Assembly: GCA_038801705.1 (NCBI GenBank)
Contig: JAULTC010000004.1
Coordinates: 9,868-73,867, forward strand
DNA from: Candidatus Methanosuratincola mesotaenarum
GTDB taxonomy: Archaea; Thermoproteota; Methanomethylicia; Methanomethylicales; Methanomethylicaceae
Length of the DNA: 64,000 bases
Reading direction: 5' to 3'
Position 1 is the stretch's first letter. Every line of letters starts with the position of its first letter. The translations under genes were made by a program, and so were the position numbers. The notes below the pieces were generated by a model. The model was not told where the DNA came from, searched no databases, and was given only the letters and a program-made list of their open reading frames with translations. Below, piece by piece: positions 48,352-59,094 of this stretch.

Positions 48352-49020
48352 ATGTCTGAGAAAAGGGAGCAGCTGGTGAGGCGCCTCATCGAGGAAGGCG
48401 TACTGAGCCAGCCTGAGGTCATAAGGGCGATCTCGAAGGTGCCCAGGGAGGAATTTGTGATCCCCGACCTCTGCGAGCAGGCATACATGGACACACCACT
48501 ACCCTCACTCGAAGGACAGACGATCTCCGCCCCCCACATGGTTGCTATCATGTGCCAGCTTCTTTCGCTCAAGCCCGGGCAAATCGTTCTCGAAGTCGGT
48601 GCAGGTACAGGATACCATGCCGCCGTATGCGCAGAGATCGTAGCTCCTAGGCAACATGGGATTAAAGACGGGCATGTATTCGCCATCGAGCGGATCAGGT
48701 CACTGGTCGAGTTCGCGAGGTCGAACCTTGCTCGCTGCGGCTACTCTGACAGGGTGACTGTGATCGAAGGGGACGGGACACTTGGATATCTGGATGCCGC
48801 CCCTTATGACCGGATCCTAGTCACCGCTGCAGCGCCACGTATCCCCCCACCACTGAAGGCGCAGCTCAAGGACGGTGGACGGATGGTCATCCCTGTCGGT
48901 GAAGCATACTCAATCCAAGACCTGATAGTTGTAGAGCGGTCCGGAAATGACTTCAGGGAGTGGACATACGGGGGATGCGTCTTTGTCCCCCTCTGCGGCA
49001 GGTACGGCTGGAGCCCTTAA
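48352..49020 (+). CDS. pcm: Protein-L-isoaspartate O-methyltransferase
   Basis: GQTISAPHM, LEVGAGTGY, APYDRI.VTA, FVPL. Confidence 0.96.
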   Translation: MSEKREQLVRRLIEEGVLSQPEVIRAISKVPREEFVIPDLCEQAYMDTPLPSLEGQTISAPHMVAIMCQLLSLKPGQIVLEVGAGTGYHAAVCAEIVAPRQHGIKDGHVFAIERIRSLVEFARSNLARCGYSDRVTVIEGDGTLGYLDAAPYDRILVTAAAPRIPPPLKAQLKDGGRMVIPVGEAYSIQDLIVVERSGNDFREWTYGGCVFVPLCGRYGWSP

Positions 49021-49033
49021 AATAAAAAATAAA

Positions 49034-50068
49034 CTAGAACCAACGCATGAGATCCGGCTGACGCCTCTTCTCCTTGCCCTTCTCCTCGAACCTTTTCAGC
49101 GCAGCCCTTATCCTCTCGGGAGAGAATTCGAACTCATCGCAGAGGTACTTCAACAGCCCCTCTATGTTGACTTCTCTCCATGCAAGGCTGTAGTCGCCCC
49201 TTACGGTTGGATTAAGAAAGATCTCTTTAATTGACCTATAATCCACGCCCTGATCGCCCTCTATCAGCCCTTGGGCAATGGCTGCCTCTATGGATCCCGC
49301 CTCCTTCAGTATCTTCAGCGCCTTTTTGGGGCCAACGCCTTTGAAACCCTCGGGGTTGAAATCCGTGCCGATGAGTATCCCCAAGTCGACGAGCATCTCC
49401 CTGGTCAGGCCGTTCTCCCTCAGTACTTCCATGAGCTCCACCAGCTCGGGCTCAATGCTGACGTAGACTGGCTTGTTCGGCAGTTTTCTCCTCCCTGATA
49501 CCGTCAGGTTCCTGACGAGTCTGGGCGCCCCAAAAAGCAACGAGTCGTAGTCTTGGCTCGCCACCGCCCATGCGTCACCCTTCATTGCCATGTAAGCTGC
49601 CTGGGCCTCGCCCTCTGATGGTGCCTGTACCCAAGGCACTCCGAGGAGGCTGAGCAGCATCTTCGACTGTTCCACCATTTCCGATGAAAGCTTTGAGGTC
49701 GCCTGTGCGTGTTTCTTGGCTGCCTTCAGGTCTCCCCTCTCTATCGCCTTCCTGTACTCCTCCCTTGCCCTCTCCTTCGTCTCCACCCTCCGGGTGATCT
49801 CCTCCGCCTTCATCTCTGGCGGCTTACCATCGAAGGTGTAGACAGGCTTTATTCCCACCTCTAGGAGGTTGATCGTCCTGTAAAAGATACCGCTCAGGTG
49901 GCTTGTCACCCTCCCCTTCGAGTCCTTCAGTGGCGTCCCGTCGGGCTGCCTGATTATTGCCAGGAACTGATAAAGTGCATTGTAGCCGTCGATCGCGAGC
50001 GTGCGTCCCCCGAGCCCCTCAAGGGATACCGGGGTGTGCTTGACAATGTCCTTCAGGTTTACCCCCAG
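49034..50068 (-). CDS. fen: Flap endonuclease FEN-1 (CTG start)
   Basis: GVNLKDI...IDGYNALYQFL..IRQPDG upstream of the tracked ORF; EGEAQA, GTDFN, PIP box QPDLMRWF. Confidence 0.97.
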   Translation of the reverse strand: MGVNLKDIVKHTPVSLEGLGGRTLAIDGYNALYQFLAIIRQPDGTPLKDSKGRVTSHLSGIFYRTINLLEVGIKPVYTFDGKPPEMKAEEITRRVETKERAREEYRKAIERGDLKAAKKHAQATSKLSSEMVEQSKMLLSLLGVPWVQAPSEGEAQAAYMAMKGDAWAVASQDYDSLLFGAPRLVRNLTVSGRRKLPNKPVYVSIEPELVELMEVLRENGLTREMLVDLGILIGTDFNPEGFKGVGPKKALKILKEAGSIEAAIAQGLIEGDQGVDYRSIKEIFLNPTVRGDYSLAWREVNIEGLLKYLCDEFEFSPERIRAALKRFEEKGKEKRRQPDLMRWF

Positions 50069-50081
50069 GGACTATCCCCTC

Positions 50082-50333
50082 CTACTTAGGCTGAAGAAGC
50101 GTGATCACCATGCCCTTCTTGATATGAGAGACCGTTATCTTGCCCCGCAGCTCGAGGTTCATCAGTATCTTGTTTATCTCGAGCATCGAGATGTCCTTCA
50201 TCATCGCCTTGAGCATCCCTACGAGTTCCTCCTCCTTGAGCGTTCCTTGCCTCTTCGCAAGCAAGTCGAGCACTATCAGCTCCGGCGACTCAGTCCTCCA
50301 CCTGATCCTATCTTCCGTCAACTGCAGCACCAA
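50082..50333 (-). CDS. Small winged-helix-like hypothetical protein
   Basis: EINKILMNLELRGKITV; sits between cdc48 and fen. Confidence 0.65.
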   Translation of the reverse strand: MVLQLTEDRIRWRTESPELIVLDLLAKRQGTLKEEELVGMLKAMMKDISMLEINKILMNLELRGKITVSHIKKGMVITLLQPK

Positions 50334-50386
50334 CCACTCTCTCTCCCCCGTCTCCCATCATCTTTCTTTTTCTTATCCCGTCTGCA

Positions 50387-52570
50387 TCATATGAAATTGA
50401 TAAGCGGTGGCTTGCCCCTGAGCGACTGCTTGCTCTTCTCTTCCCAGGCCTTGTAGTACTTGAGCATCTCCTCAGTTATCGTCGGCCTTATCTTCTCCTT
50501 TGCCTTCAGGAAGTGCTTCATCTGGACCTCCTTGATTTCTGGATCCTCCCTCAGCGCCATCATCCCAGCCTCCCTGCACAGCGCTTCAATGTCCGATCCC
50601 GCATAATTTATGGTCATCGCCACGAGCCTGTCGAAGTCCACGTCTTTCGCCAGCGGCATGTCCTTCGTGTGTATCCTAAAGATCTGCATCCTCGTCTCAT
50701 TGTCCGGCTCTGGGATATACAGCAGTTTGTCGAACCTCCCAGGACGAAGCAATGCCGGATCGATGATGTCTGGCCTGTTGGTCGCGCCTATTATGATGAC
50801 GTTGAAGAGCCCTACCAGGCCATCCATCTCGGTCAATAGCTGGCTGATGACCCTCTCCGTGACCATCGAGTCGCTCGAACTGCCCCGAATTGGCGCGATT
50901 GAGTCGATCTCGTCGAAGAATATGACCACGGGTGCTGCCGTCCTCGCCTTGCGGAACACCTCCCTTATTGCCCGTTCCGACTCACCAACCCACTTACTGA
51001 AGATCTCTGGCCCCTTTACGGTGATGAAGTTCGCCTCCGACTCGTTCGCGACCGCCTTCGCGAGCAGCGTCTTTCCGCATCCCGGCGGTCCGTACAGCAG
51101 CACTCCCTTCGGTGGCTTTATTCCAATCCTCTTGAATCTCTCAGGGTACTTCAGCGGCCACTCGATCGCCTCTATCAGTTCCTGCTTTATTGAGTCGAGG
51201 TCTCCTATATCGCTCCACCTTACGTTGGGTATCTCGACATAGACCTCCCTGAGCTCGGTTGGGGTGACCTCCCTAAACGCGTTCATGAAGTCCTCCATTG
51301 TGATCTCAAGTTTCTCGAGGATCTCCTGCGGAACTCTCTCCTGCTGGATGTCTATCTCCGGCAGGTATCTCCTGAGTGCCTTCATTGCGGCCTCCCTTGC
51401 GAGCGCAGCCAGGTCAGCCCCTACGAACCCATGCGTCAGGCTTGCTAGCCTGTTCAGATCCACGTCTTTCGCCAGCGGCATGTTCCTGGTGTGTATCTGC
51501 AGGATCTCGTATCTACCCTTGACGTCTGGCACCCCGATCTCGATCTCGCGGTCGAACCTGCCGGGTCTCCTCAGGGCAGGGTCTATCGCATTCTGCCTGT
51601 TTGTTGCCCCGATCACAATTACATCGCCGCGGGTCTCGAGGCCGTCGAGCAGCGCAAGCAGCTGCGCCACTACCCTCTTCTCCACCTCTCCAGTGACTTC
51701 TTCTCTCTTCGGTGCTATCGCATCGAGCTCGTCTATGAATATTATCGCAGGCGCATGCTGCTTCGCCTCGTCGAAGAACTCCCTGAGCTTCTGCTCCGAC
51801 TCGCCGTAGAACTTGCTCATGATCTCTGGGCCGTTTATCGCGATGAAGTACGACTCGGTCTCGTTCGCGACCGCCTTCGCGAGCAGCGTCTTTCCGCATC
51901 CCGGCGGTCCGTACAGCAGCACTCCCTTCGGTGGGTCTATACCGAGCCTCTTGAAGAGCTCAGGGTGCTTCAGTGGCAGCTCTACCATCTCCCTTACCTT
52001 CTCGATGGCGTCCCTAAGCCCTCCCACATCCTCATAGGTCACACGTGGGACCTTCGCAGCCTCCGCGGGCTTCTCAAGGATCGTGAGCGTGGTCTCCTCT
52101 GTAACCATGACTATCCCGGATGGCTTGGTTGAGACTACCGCGAACGGTATTGCCTGCCCGAGAACAGGTATCAGGACATTGTCTCCCTCGACCACTGGGG
52201 TGTCAGCAAGCCTCCTCTTCACGAAACTGACGAACCCTGAATCGACGCTTATCGTGAATGAGAGGGGTGCGAGCTTGACGAGGGTGGCGGGCTTCGATTC
52301 GGCCTTCCTTACTGTGATCTTCTCTCCTATTCCGACCCCTGCATTCTTTCGGATCAGCCCGTCCATCCTTATTATGTCCATGCCTTGGTCCTCGGTGTAG
52401 GCGGGCCAGACTATCGCAGCAGTCTTCCTCTTCCCTTCTATCTCTATGACATCGCCTACGCTGACGCCTATCTTCTTCATGGCATCAGCATCAATCCTAA
52501 CCTTCCCCCTGCCAACGTCCCTCTGTTTTGATTCAGCTACTCTGAGTACAACCTCTTTAGATCCTTCCAT
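50387..52570 (-). CDS. cdc48: CDC48/VCP family AAA ATPase
   Basis: N domain plus two AAA modules, GPPGCGKT x2, RPGRFD x2. Confidence 0.98.
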   Translation of the reverse strand: MEGSKEVVLRVAESKQRDVGRGKVRIDADAMKKIGVSVGDVIEIEGKRKTAAIVWPAYTEDQGMDIIRMDGLIRKNAGVGIGEKITVRKAESKPATLVKLAPLSFTISVDSGFVSFVKRRLADTPVVEGDNVLIPVLGQAIPFAVVSTKPSGIVMVTEETTLTILEKPAEAAKVPRVTYEDVGGLRDAIEKVREMVELPLKHPELFKRLGIDPPKGVLLYGPPGCGKTLLAKAVANETESYFIAINGPEIMSKFYGESEQKLREFFDEAKQHAPAIIFIDELDAIAPKREEVTGEVEKRVVAQLLALLDGLETRGDVIVIGATNRQNAIDPALRRPGRFDREIEIGVPDVKGRYEILQIHTRNMPLAKDVDLNRLASLTHGFVGADLAALAREAAMKALRRYLPEIDIQQERVPQEILEKLEITMEDFMNAFREVTPTELREVYVEIPNVRWSDIGDLDSIKQELIEAIEWPLKYPERFKRIGIKPPKGVLLYGPPGCGKTLLAKAVANESEANFITVKGPEIFSKWVGESERAIREVFRKARTAAPVVIFFDEIDSIAPIRGSSSDSMVTERVISQLLTEMDGLVGLFNVIIIGATNRPDIIDPALLRPGRFDKLLYIPEPDNETRMQIFRIHTKDMPLAKDVDFDRLVAMTINYAGSDIEALCREAGMMALREDPEIKEVQMKHFLKAKEKIRPTITEEMLKYYKAWEEKSKQSLRGKPPLINFI

Positions 52571-52668
52571 GCTGTGCACCACTTCTTTTAAAACTTGAGT
52601 CTGATGACCGATTGCCTACCTATTTAGGCTTGAGGCAAATATGATTAAATCTTTTTTGCAAAAAAGCA

Positions 52669-52953
52669 TTAGCCGGGCAGCGTCTGGACTATCTCAACAT
52701 CTACCTGCCCAACTCCCTTGACCGTGGCGAAGGCGTCTTCGACGGGCTGCGTGCCTCCCGGGTAGTCTCCAGGCATGATCACAAATACCTTCAATGCCTT
52801 CAGCCCAAAGGCTATCTCCTCTTCCTGGTACTTGTGCACATATAGGTCTTTCTCCCCCTTTGGGAGGGCTGCCTTTAGGTCGTCCTTAAGCTTCTCTAAG
52901 CTCACAGAATCGTCCTCTGGAAGAATCTTGACGACTGCAAGTAATTTTGACAT
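52669..52953 (-). CDS. ef1b: Elongation factor 1-beta
   Basis: KILPED, EEIAFGLKAL. Confidence 0.95.
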   Translation of the reverse strand: MSKLLAVVKILPEDDSVSLEKLKDDLKAALPKGEKDLYVHKYQEEEIAFGLKALKVFVIMPGDYPGGTQPVEDAFATVKGVGQVDVEIVQTLPG

Positions 52954-52965
52954 CCCAAAACCTCC

Positions 52966-53142
52966 CTATGGTCCTTGGAAACCGCACTTTGGGCACCTGT
53001 AGTTGTTTACCAAGTCCCTGCATCTCCTGCACCTCCAGAAGACTACCTCACCACAGTTCGGGCAAGGCAGCTTCACTCCCTTCTGATCCGGAAGGATAGG
53101 ATCTTTGCAGGAGAGACAGGTCGGCAACTCGAGCTCGCTCAT
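52966..53142 (-). CDS. Small zinc-ribbon protein (DUF1610/HVO_2753-like)
   Basis: CLSC...CPNCG...RCRRCR...YRCPKCGFQGP; conserved position upstream of ef1b. Confidence 0.9.
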   Translation of the reverse strand: MSELELPTCLSCKDPILPDQKGVKLPCPNCGEVVFWRCRRCRDLVNNYRCPKCGFQGP

Positions 53143-53230
53143 TGATCTTCACCGGAGTAAGAGGTTAAGAAGTCCGCTCATATATAAAGTATTTCCAACA
53201 GGGCACACCCCAGTGTTGCACCACATAGGG

Positions 53231-54328
53231 TCAAAAAATCGCCCTCAGCACCGAGGGCACAAGGCTGAAGATTGCCCTCGACTCCAGCAGCCTCCAGAGC
53301 GCTTTCCCCTGCAGGTCCATGTCATACCTGATCGCGTCCGTCAGCGCCCCGCTCGTGTAAAGTGCTTCGAGCACTCGGTCGACCTCTTCGCATTCCATCC
53401 TGTCATAGACCTTTCTTGCGAGTTTCATCAATTTGAACTCCCGGCCATAGAGCCGCCTCCAGCCAGTCCCGAAGGCATCGATTCTCTCCCCCTCGGACAG
53501 GAATCTGTATGCCACCCTAGCCGCCAGCCTTGCAGTAAAGCAGCCGAGCACCACGCCGCCCCCCGTGGTCGGCTTCACAAACCCGCCGGCATCTCCGACG
53601 GCGATAACCCTCCCCCTCTGCGTTCTCTTCAGCGGCCCTCCAGTTACGACCTTTCCAAAAAAAGGTCTCGACCTTCTCGCGCCAGCGAACCTTCTCCACG
53701 GTTCGAACTTCTCCAGCATCGTCTCAACCTTCTTCAGCGGGATGCCTTCCTGGCACGCCAGTCCGACCCTCACACCCTCTCTCCTGGGCACTGTCCAGGC
53801 GAAGAAACCTGGCGCATAGCTGCCCAAGTAGATCTCGACGAGGTCTTCTTCGAAGTCTCTCGTTTCCAGATCTACCTGCGCTGCTGGGATTGCCTTTGGG
53901 ATCTCAAACCCAAACCTTCTGGAAATCCTGCTTGCTGTGCCCTCAGCATTGATCAGGGTCTTGAACCCCCCATCCCCATCAAATCGAGCACCGAGCGTCA
54001 CTAGCGCTCCGTTCGTCTCTGCCCTCCGAAGCAGCTCCCTCTCGAAAGCTGGTCTGTCTATCACCGCGGCCTTTGCCTCAGCCCCCCTGACGGTGTATGC
54101 CTTGCCCGATGGCGAGTATACCCTGAAGCCCTTTACCTCCCTGATGATCGGTGCCCCCGTGCCCAGGATCTCATGCATCCCCATGAGGCTGACCAGTCCG
54201 GTGCAGTGCTCCGGGATCCCCACCTCGGCATGCTCCTCCACAACCTCCACTTCCAAGCCAAGCCTGGCAGCCTCGATCGCAGCCGAGAGCCCGGCAGGTC
54301 CCCCGCCGACAACTAGGAGATCCTTCAA
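53231..54328 (-). CDS. Geranylgeranyl reductase-family FAD oxidoreductase
   Basis: GGGPAG, P.HCTG, APGFFAW, GDAGG.VKPTTGGG. Confidence 0.88.
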   Translation of the reverse strand: MKDLLVVGGGPAGLSAAIEAARLGLEVEVVEEHAEVGIPEHCTGLVSLMGMHEILGTGAPIIREVKGFRVYSPSGKAYTVRGAEAKAAVIDRPAFERELLRRAETNGALVTLGARFDGDGGFKTLINAEGTASRISRRFGFEIPKAIPAAQVDLETRDFEEDLVEIYLGSYAPGFFAWTVPRREGVRVGLACQEGIPLKKVETMLEKFEPWRRFAGARRSRPFFGKVVTGGPLKRTQRGRVIAVGDAGGFVKPTTGGGVVLGCFTARLAARVAYRFLSEGERIDAFGTGWRRLYGREFKLMKLARKVYDRMECEEVDRVLEALYTSGALTDAIRYDMDLQGKALWRLLESRAIFSLVPSVLRAIF

Positions 54329-54385
54329 CTTGCACCCTCGATATCCTTTTTACACTCGTTTATTTTAAAAAACTAGTGCGTCGAT

Positions 54386-54745
54386 ATGAGCTTTAACTTC
54401 AAGCAGGCTATCGTGGTTCGGCAGGACCTCAGGATGAGCAAGGGCAAGACTGCTGCCCAGGTTGCACACGCCTCAATATCATCCTACATCGCCACGGCGC
54501 GTGCCAAGCCACGATGGACCGAGGCATGGCTTGAGGAAGGCCAGAAGAAGGTCGTACTGAAGGCCCCCTCGCTCGCAGACATGATCGAGCTCAAGGGGAG
54601 GGCCGAGAGGGAAGGGATCCCAAATGCACTGATCCAGGACGCCGGCCTCACTGAACTCGATCCGGGTACTGTCACCTGCCTTGGGATAGGTCCGGCCCCT
54701 TCTGATGCCATAGACCGAATAACTGGAAGACTGAAGCTCCTCTGA
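54386..54745 (+). CDS. pth2: Peptidyl-tRNA hydrolase Pth2
   Basis: [32 protein letters not shown]. Confidence 0.97.
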   Translation: MSFNFKQAIVVRQDLRMSKGKTAAQVAHASISSYIATARAKPRWTEAWLEEGQKKVVLKAPSLADMIELKGRAEREGIPNALIQDAGLTELDPGTVTCLGIGPAPSDAIDRITGRLKLL

Positions 54746-54755
54746 GGATCGAAAG

Positions 54756-56069
54756 ATGCCGCTGACCAAGACAAGATCCCGCCTCGAGTCCAGTCTCGGC
54801 ATGCTATACTACGCAACAGAGGCGCCGCCGATAGGCGGCAGGCTGCGGCAGACCCCCGATGACTTCATAGTGGAGGAGATCTCGCCCGAGGGCCTTCTAG
54901 TCAACTCGACTCTGGAGCATCTCGATCGCGGCGTGGGCGCTTTCACCCTTGCAGTCCTGAAGAAGCGATCGAGGGACCTGATCCCGCTGATCTCCCTATT
55001 GGAACGGAGGCTGGGGGCAAGGGTTGGGTATGCAGGCATAAAGGACAAAAACGCCGTGACCTCGCAGCTCATATCCGTCGCCCTCCCCTATGGCACCTGG
55101 TCCCCGCCCTCGGAGATCAAAGGCGTAGAGATCAGGGCGGTCGGCCCTGCAAGATGGCCGGTGATGCCGGGGGATCTCTCTGGAAACCTTTTCACCATTA
55201 CGGTCAGGGCACTCGCCAGCCTTCCACACGGGGCAGTCCAGGTGCCGGAATGGGTGCCTAACTACTTCGGGCACCAGCGATTCGGGGTCAGCAGGCCGAA
55301 CACGCACAAGGTAGGAAAACTGCTGCTGAAAAGAGACTTTGAGGGGGCGATCAGAGAGTTCCTAGCCTCGCCTTACCACGGAGAGCCGGAAGAGGCGTAC
55401 TTTGCAAGAAAAGAGTTGAGGGAGACCTGGGATTTGCGGAGGGCGGAGTCATCATTCCCAAAGTCCCTCCATCTCGAAAGGGCAGTCATTAGGAGGCTGC
55501 TAGAACACCCCTGTGACTACGAAGGCGCAATGACAGCCCTCCCGATCGACCTGAGGCGGCTCTTTGTGAATGCCTACCAGTCATACCTCTTCAACCTCGC
55601 GTTGTCGCGCAGGCTCGAGATCGTAGGCCCATTTGCTATTTCCGAAGGGGACCTAGCCTCCCCGCTGGACAGGTCGAATTTGCCCTCAAGACCGATCAAG
55701 TGCGAAAGCTCGAATCTCGTGAGGCTGCAGCGTTGGGTTGCATCAAGGAAGGCGGTGCCTATGGTGCACATCCCCGGGCTCAGGACGCATTTGAGCGGCA
55801 TCGACGCAAAGATCTACAATGAAATACTCTCAGAGGAGGGTACATCACCATCAGACTTCACGTGGGTCCAGGGGGCAAAGTTCGAGGGAACAGTGCGCCC
55901 TGCCATCTTCTGGCCGAGGGGCTTCGGCTCATGCGAACCGCAGAGCGATGAATTGAACCCGGGGCTATTCAGGATCGTGCTGAGGATGGACCTCTCGAAG
56001 GGGTGCTTTGCCACGGTAGTGCTGAGGGAGCTCATGAAGCCTGAGGACCCTGCTACTGCGGGTTTCTGA
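54756..56069 (+). CDS. truD: tRNA pseudouridine(13) synthase TruD
   Basis: DFIVEE, AGIKDKNAVT, PNYFGHQRFG, NAYQSYLFN, FATVVLRE. Confidence 0.95.
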   Translation: MPLTKTRSRLESSLGMLYYATEAPPIGGRLRQTPDDFIVEEISPEGLLVNSTLEHLDRGVGAFTLAVLKKRSRDLIPLISLLERRLGARVGYAGIKDKNAVTSQLISVALPYGTWSPPSEIKGVEIRAVGPARWPVMPGDLSGNLFTITVRALASLPHGAVQVPEWVPNYFGHQRFGVSRPNTHKVGKLLLKRDFEGAIREFLASPYHGEPEEAYFARKELRETWDLRRAESSFPKSLHLERAVIRRLLEHPCDYEGAMTALPIDLRRLFVNAYQSYLFNLALSRRLEIVGPFAISEGDLASPLDRSNLPSRPIKCESSNLVRLQRWVASRKAVPMVHIPGLRTHLSGIDAKIYNEILSEEGTSPSDFTWVQGAKFEGTVRPAIFWPRGFGSCEPQSDELNPGLFRIVLRMDLSKGCFATVVLRELMKPEDPATAGF

Positions 56070-56075
56070 TCATGA

Positions 56076-57389
56076 TCAAGGCAGCAGCCTCTCGGGTGTC
56101 CTCGGAAAGAGCGCAGCCTCCTGCACATTCTGCAGGTCGAGCAGCTGCATCGTGAGCCGCTCTATCCCTATATTAAAGCCGCCGTGGGGCGGGGCCCCAT
56201 ACCTAAAGAACTCGGTGAACCACTTGAGCCCGACCGTACTCATGCCCTTCTCCCTTATCTGCCCGATTATCTTGTCGTACCTGTGCTCCCTCTGTCCCCC
56301 TGAGCTCAGCTCCAGGCCCTTGCAGACCAGGTCAACGCTCCTGGCCCACGTCTGGTCCCCGTCTACCTTCATCACATAGAACGGCTTAACCCTGAATGGG
56401 AAGCGGTTGACGAAGAAGAAGTCAGACTTGTACTTTTCCTTCACATGCTTAGCAAGAATGGTTTCCGACTCCCGGTCATAGTCCTCCTCATAGGGGATCT
56501 TCTTCCCATACTCCTCGAGTATTGAATAAACGTCTGGGAACTTGACCTCCGGGAATGGAACTTGGGGGACGACCACCTCGACTCCGATCAGCTCAAGCTC
56601 CTCCTTGCAGTTGCTTACGACCTTCGCAACACCGCTCCTCACCAGCTCTTCCTCAACCTTCATCACATCGTATTCGTCCCTGATGAACCCCAACTCAACC
56701 GCGCAACCTCTGTGCTCGCACAAGTGCCTAGGGGTGTGGCTCAACTCAGCCCTCCAGCTTGGCCCCAAGTCGTATATCCGGTCCATGCCGGAGATCACCA
56801 CGAGCTGCCTGTGGAGCTGCGGGTCCTGCCTCAGGAATGCGCTCTTGTTGAAGTAGACGACAGGGAAGGCCTCCGCCCCGCTCTCGGAGGCTGCGCCCAT
56901 CAGGCATGGGGTAAATACCTGCTGGAATCCTTCCTTCCAAAGGTATTCCTGCATCCCTTCCAGGAGCTTTGACTGCACCCTGAATACTGCCGCGACCTCC
57001 GGGCGGCGCAGATCTAGCACCCTGTGGTCAAATCTGGTGTCTAGGTTCGACTCTATGTTGCCAGACACGGAAACCGGGACAGGACCAAGGGTCTTTGAGA
57101 GAACCTCAATCTTAGAGGGCACCAGTTCCCTCCCTCCAGGGGCTATTTTGGTTGCCTTGACAGCCCCTGTGATGAGGACCACATCTTCCTCCCTCAGATC
57201 CTCAGCAAACGAGATCAGGCTCTCATTTACGCTCCCTTTTTTGAGTGTGACTTGGATTATGCCCATGCCGTCCCTCAGCACTATGAACTTGAGCTTCCCG
57301 AGATCCCTGATCTTATAGACCCATCCTGCAATGGTGACCTCTCTCCCTTCGTCCTCTGGCATGACCTGAGATGTGTAATGAGTCCTCAT
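56076..57389 (-). CDS. aspS: Aspartate--tRNA ligase (probably non-discriminating)
   Basis: OB fold, motif 2 WRAE.SHT.RH, PPHGG..GIER; Pro in the anticodon loop (APGG). Confidence 0.93.
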   Translation of the reverse strand: MRTHYTSQVMPEDEGREVTIAGWVYKIRDLGKLKFIVLRDGMGIIQVTLKKGSVNESLISFAEDLREEDVVLITGAVKATKIAPGGRELVPSKIEVLSKTLGPVPVSVSGNIESNLDTRFDHRVLDLRRPEVAAVFRVQSKLLEGMQEYLWKEGFQQVFTPCLMGAASESGAEAFPVVYFNKSAFLRQDPQLHRQLVVISGMDRIYDLGPSWRAELSHTPRHLCEHRGCAVELGFIRDEYDVMKVEEELVRSGVAKVVSNCKEELELIGVEVVVPQVPFPEVKFPDVYSILEEYGKKIPYEEDYDRESETILAKHVKEKYKSDFFFVNRFPFRVKPFYVMKVDGDQTWARSVDLVCKGLELSSGGQREHRYDKIIGQIREKGMSTVGLKWFTEFFRYGAPPHGGFNIGIERLTMQLLDLQNVQEAALFPRTPERLLP

Positions 57390-57451
57390 TGACAAGGAAC
57401 CGCGCCTCAAAACGAATTAAATCAGGGGTGTAAAAAGCTTAATGCTGCCAA

Positions 57452-57949
57452 TCACTCGAAGACGATGTGAACTACCTCTCCGGTCAGGATCCTGATGGCT
57501 TCTTCGGCCGACCTTGGGTCGATCGGCATCTTCCTCATGTCCGATCTGGGCATCTTTATAGTGCTCTCCCAGCTCCCGTCCGGGAGCCACACTGTGTTCG
57601 CACCCATGACCCTTGCAGGCGTCACAATTTGTTCCAAAAGCCTCTTTATGCTCGAGGTCTTTTCAACGATCCTGACGCTGGTCTTCTTCTCGTCGCTCAG
57701 CTGCTTGCTCACTTTCGAGAGCAGTGCCTTGTTGCCCCCTCCGCTGACCATCACTATTACCATGTTTGGGAGCTTGACCGTCCTCAGGATCGCGTAATCC
57801 TTGAGCTGGGGGTTCTTCGCCTCATAGTCGATAAACCACTTCGAAACCTCAACGTCGGCCTGTGTGATCTCCCCTTTGTCCAGCTTTTCCTGGCACCTGG
57901 GGCACAGAACTCCGCTCTTCGCGCAGAAATAACAGATGGGGGTCTTCAA
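57452..57949 (-). CDS. NusA-like KH protein with N-terminal Zn finger
   Basis: KTPICYFC.KSG.LCPRC, PARV.G.NTVW.PDG. Confidence 0.8.
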   Translation of the reverse strand: MKTPICYFCAKSGVLCPRCQEKLDKGEITQADVEVSKWFIDYEAKNPQLKDYAILRTVKLPNMVIVMVSGGGNKALLSKVSKQLSDEKKTSVRIVEKTSSIKRLLEQIVTPARVMGANTVWLPDGSWESTIKMPRSDMRKMPIDPRSAEEAIRILTGEVVHIVFE

Positions 57950-57959
57950 AAGAAACGCC

Positions 57960-58238
57960 TCACTTTCTCCTCCTCATCCTGATCATGATGGAGCTGGTTC
58001 TCTTGACCCCTCCCTCCTTAAGCTGGATCTCTTCCGTCCCGATGGTGACTTCGCTGATCACAGCTGATGGCATGAATTTTCTCCTGACCATCTCCGCGAC
58101 ATCGACAGCGGTGCTGATCGGTCTCCCGCGTGCCTTGATCACAACCTCGTCTGCCCCCTCGTGGAAGGCTGTGAGGCAAGCCAAGACGTAGTTCATCGGT
58201 GGCTTCTTACCGATCAGTATCGCGTTCTCCTGTGACAA
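57960..58238 (-). CDS. albA: DNA/RNA-binding protein Alba
   Basis: IGKKPPMNYVLA, IKARGR.IS.AVDVAE. Confidence 0.96.
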   Translation of the reverse strand: MSQENAILIGKKPPMNYVLACLTAFHEGADEVVIKARGRPISTAVDVAEMVRRKFMPSAVISEVTIGTEEIQLKEGGVKRTSSIMIRMRRRK

Positions 58239-58367
58239 CTGGTTTCCCCCAGCGTTGATCAAAATGACTAATGGGTTTATTTGTTTCTTAAATAAATATA
58301 TTTTGGTCAGTTAACACCTAAGGTTTATTAAATGCTTGCTTTCAAATGTAAAGCCAAGGGGTTCACT

Positions 58368-58859
58368 TTGACAAAAAATGAAGAGCCTTTCCTGACAGAC
58401 AGACAACTGCAAATACTCAAGGTGCTCTTCGAGATGAGCGAGCAGACAATCGTCTTTACCATAAAGAAAAAGCAGATCGACCTTGCAGAGGGGCTGGACC
58501 TGACTAGGCAGGCGCTTAACATCCACCTACGGAAGCTCAGGGACGCTGGGCTGATCAGGACCGGCAGAGGATTTATCGATCTGACGGAAGCTGCGCTTAA
58601 AGTCCTGGGCGTGGGCACTGCAGAGGCATTCGTCTTCCTGAAGATCCACCCTCCGAAGAGGGAAGAAGTCTACGAAAAGATCCGAAACCTCCCGGCGCTC
58701 GACATCTACAGGGTCACAGGTGAGATCGACTTGGTGGCGATCGTTCCCCAGGCACAGCTGGATCGCTTCCTCGAAGAAGTATCGGGGGTCGATGGGGTGA
58801 TCTCAACCTCTTCCCACATAGCGATCTCATCGCTCAAGCGCCCGTGGAAAAATTTATAA
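58368..58859 (+). CDS. Lrp/AsnC-family transcriptional regulator
   Basis: HTH TRQALNIHLRKL..G.IRTGRGFID, RAM domain YRVTGEID. Confidence 0.85.
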   Translation: MTKNEEPFLTDRQLQILKVLFEMSEQTIVFTIKKKQIDLAEGLDLTRQALNIHLRKLRDAGLIRTGRGFIDLTEAALKVLGVGTAEAFVFLKIHPPKREEVYEKIRNLPALDIYRVTGEIDLVAIVPQAQLDRFLEEVSGVDGVISTSSHIAISSLKRPWKNL

Positions 58860-58898
58860 TTGAGATGCCTGTGTATGGATTAAAAACGGTGGTCATCA

Positions 58899-59060
58899 AT
58901 GCCTGTCCAAGATCCCGATAAGCAGCAACTGGCGCAGAAGCACCTGCTCTATCTCAAGATATGCAGGAAGTGTGGTGCGAGGAACCCGATATCTGCAGAT
59001 AAATGCCGAAGGTGCCGGAGCAAGGAACTGAGACCAAAGCGGCGCGAGCTGAAGCGCTAA
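58899..59060 (+). CDS. rpl40e: 50S ribosomal protein L40e
   Basis: KICRKCGARNP..A.KCRRC...LRPK; not in the ORF track. Confidence 0.95.
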   Translation: MPVQDPDKQQLAQKHLLYLKICRKCGARNPISADKCRRCRSKELRPKRRELKR

Positions 59061-59094
59061 GCATGCGTATGTTTTTTCAAATGCTGCGTTCTGT

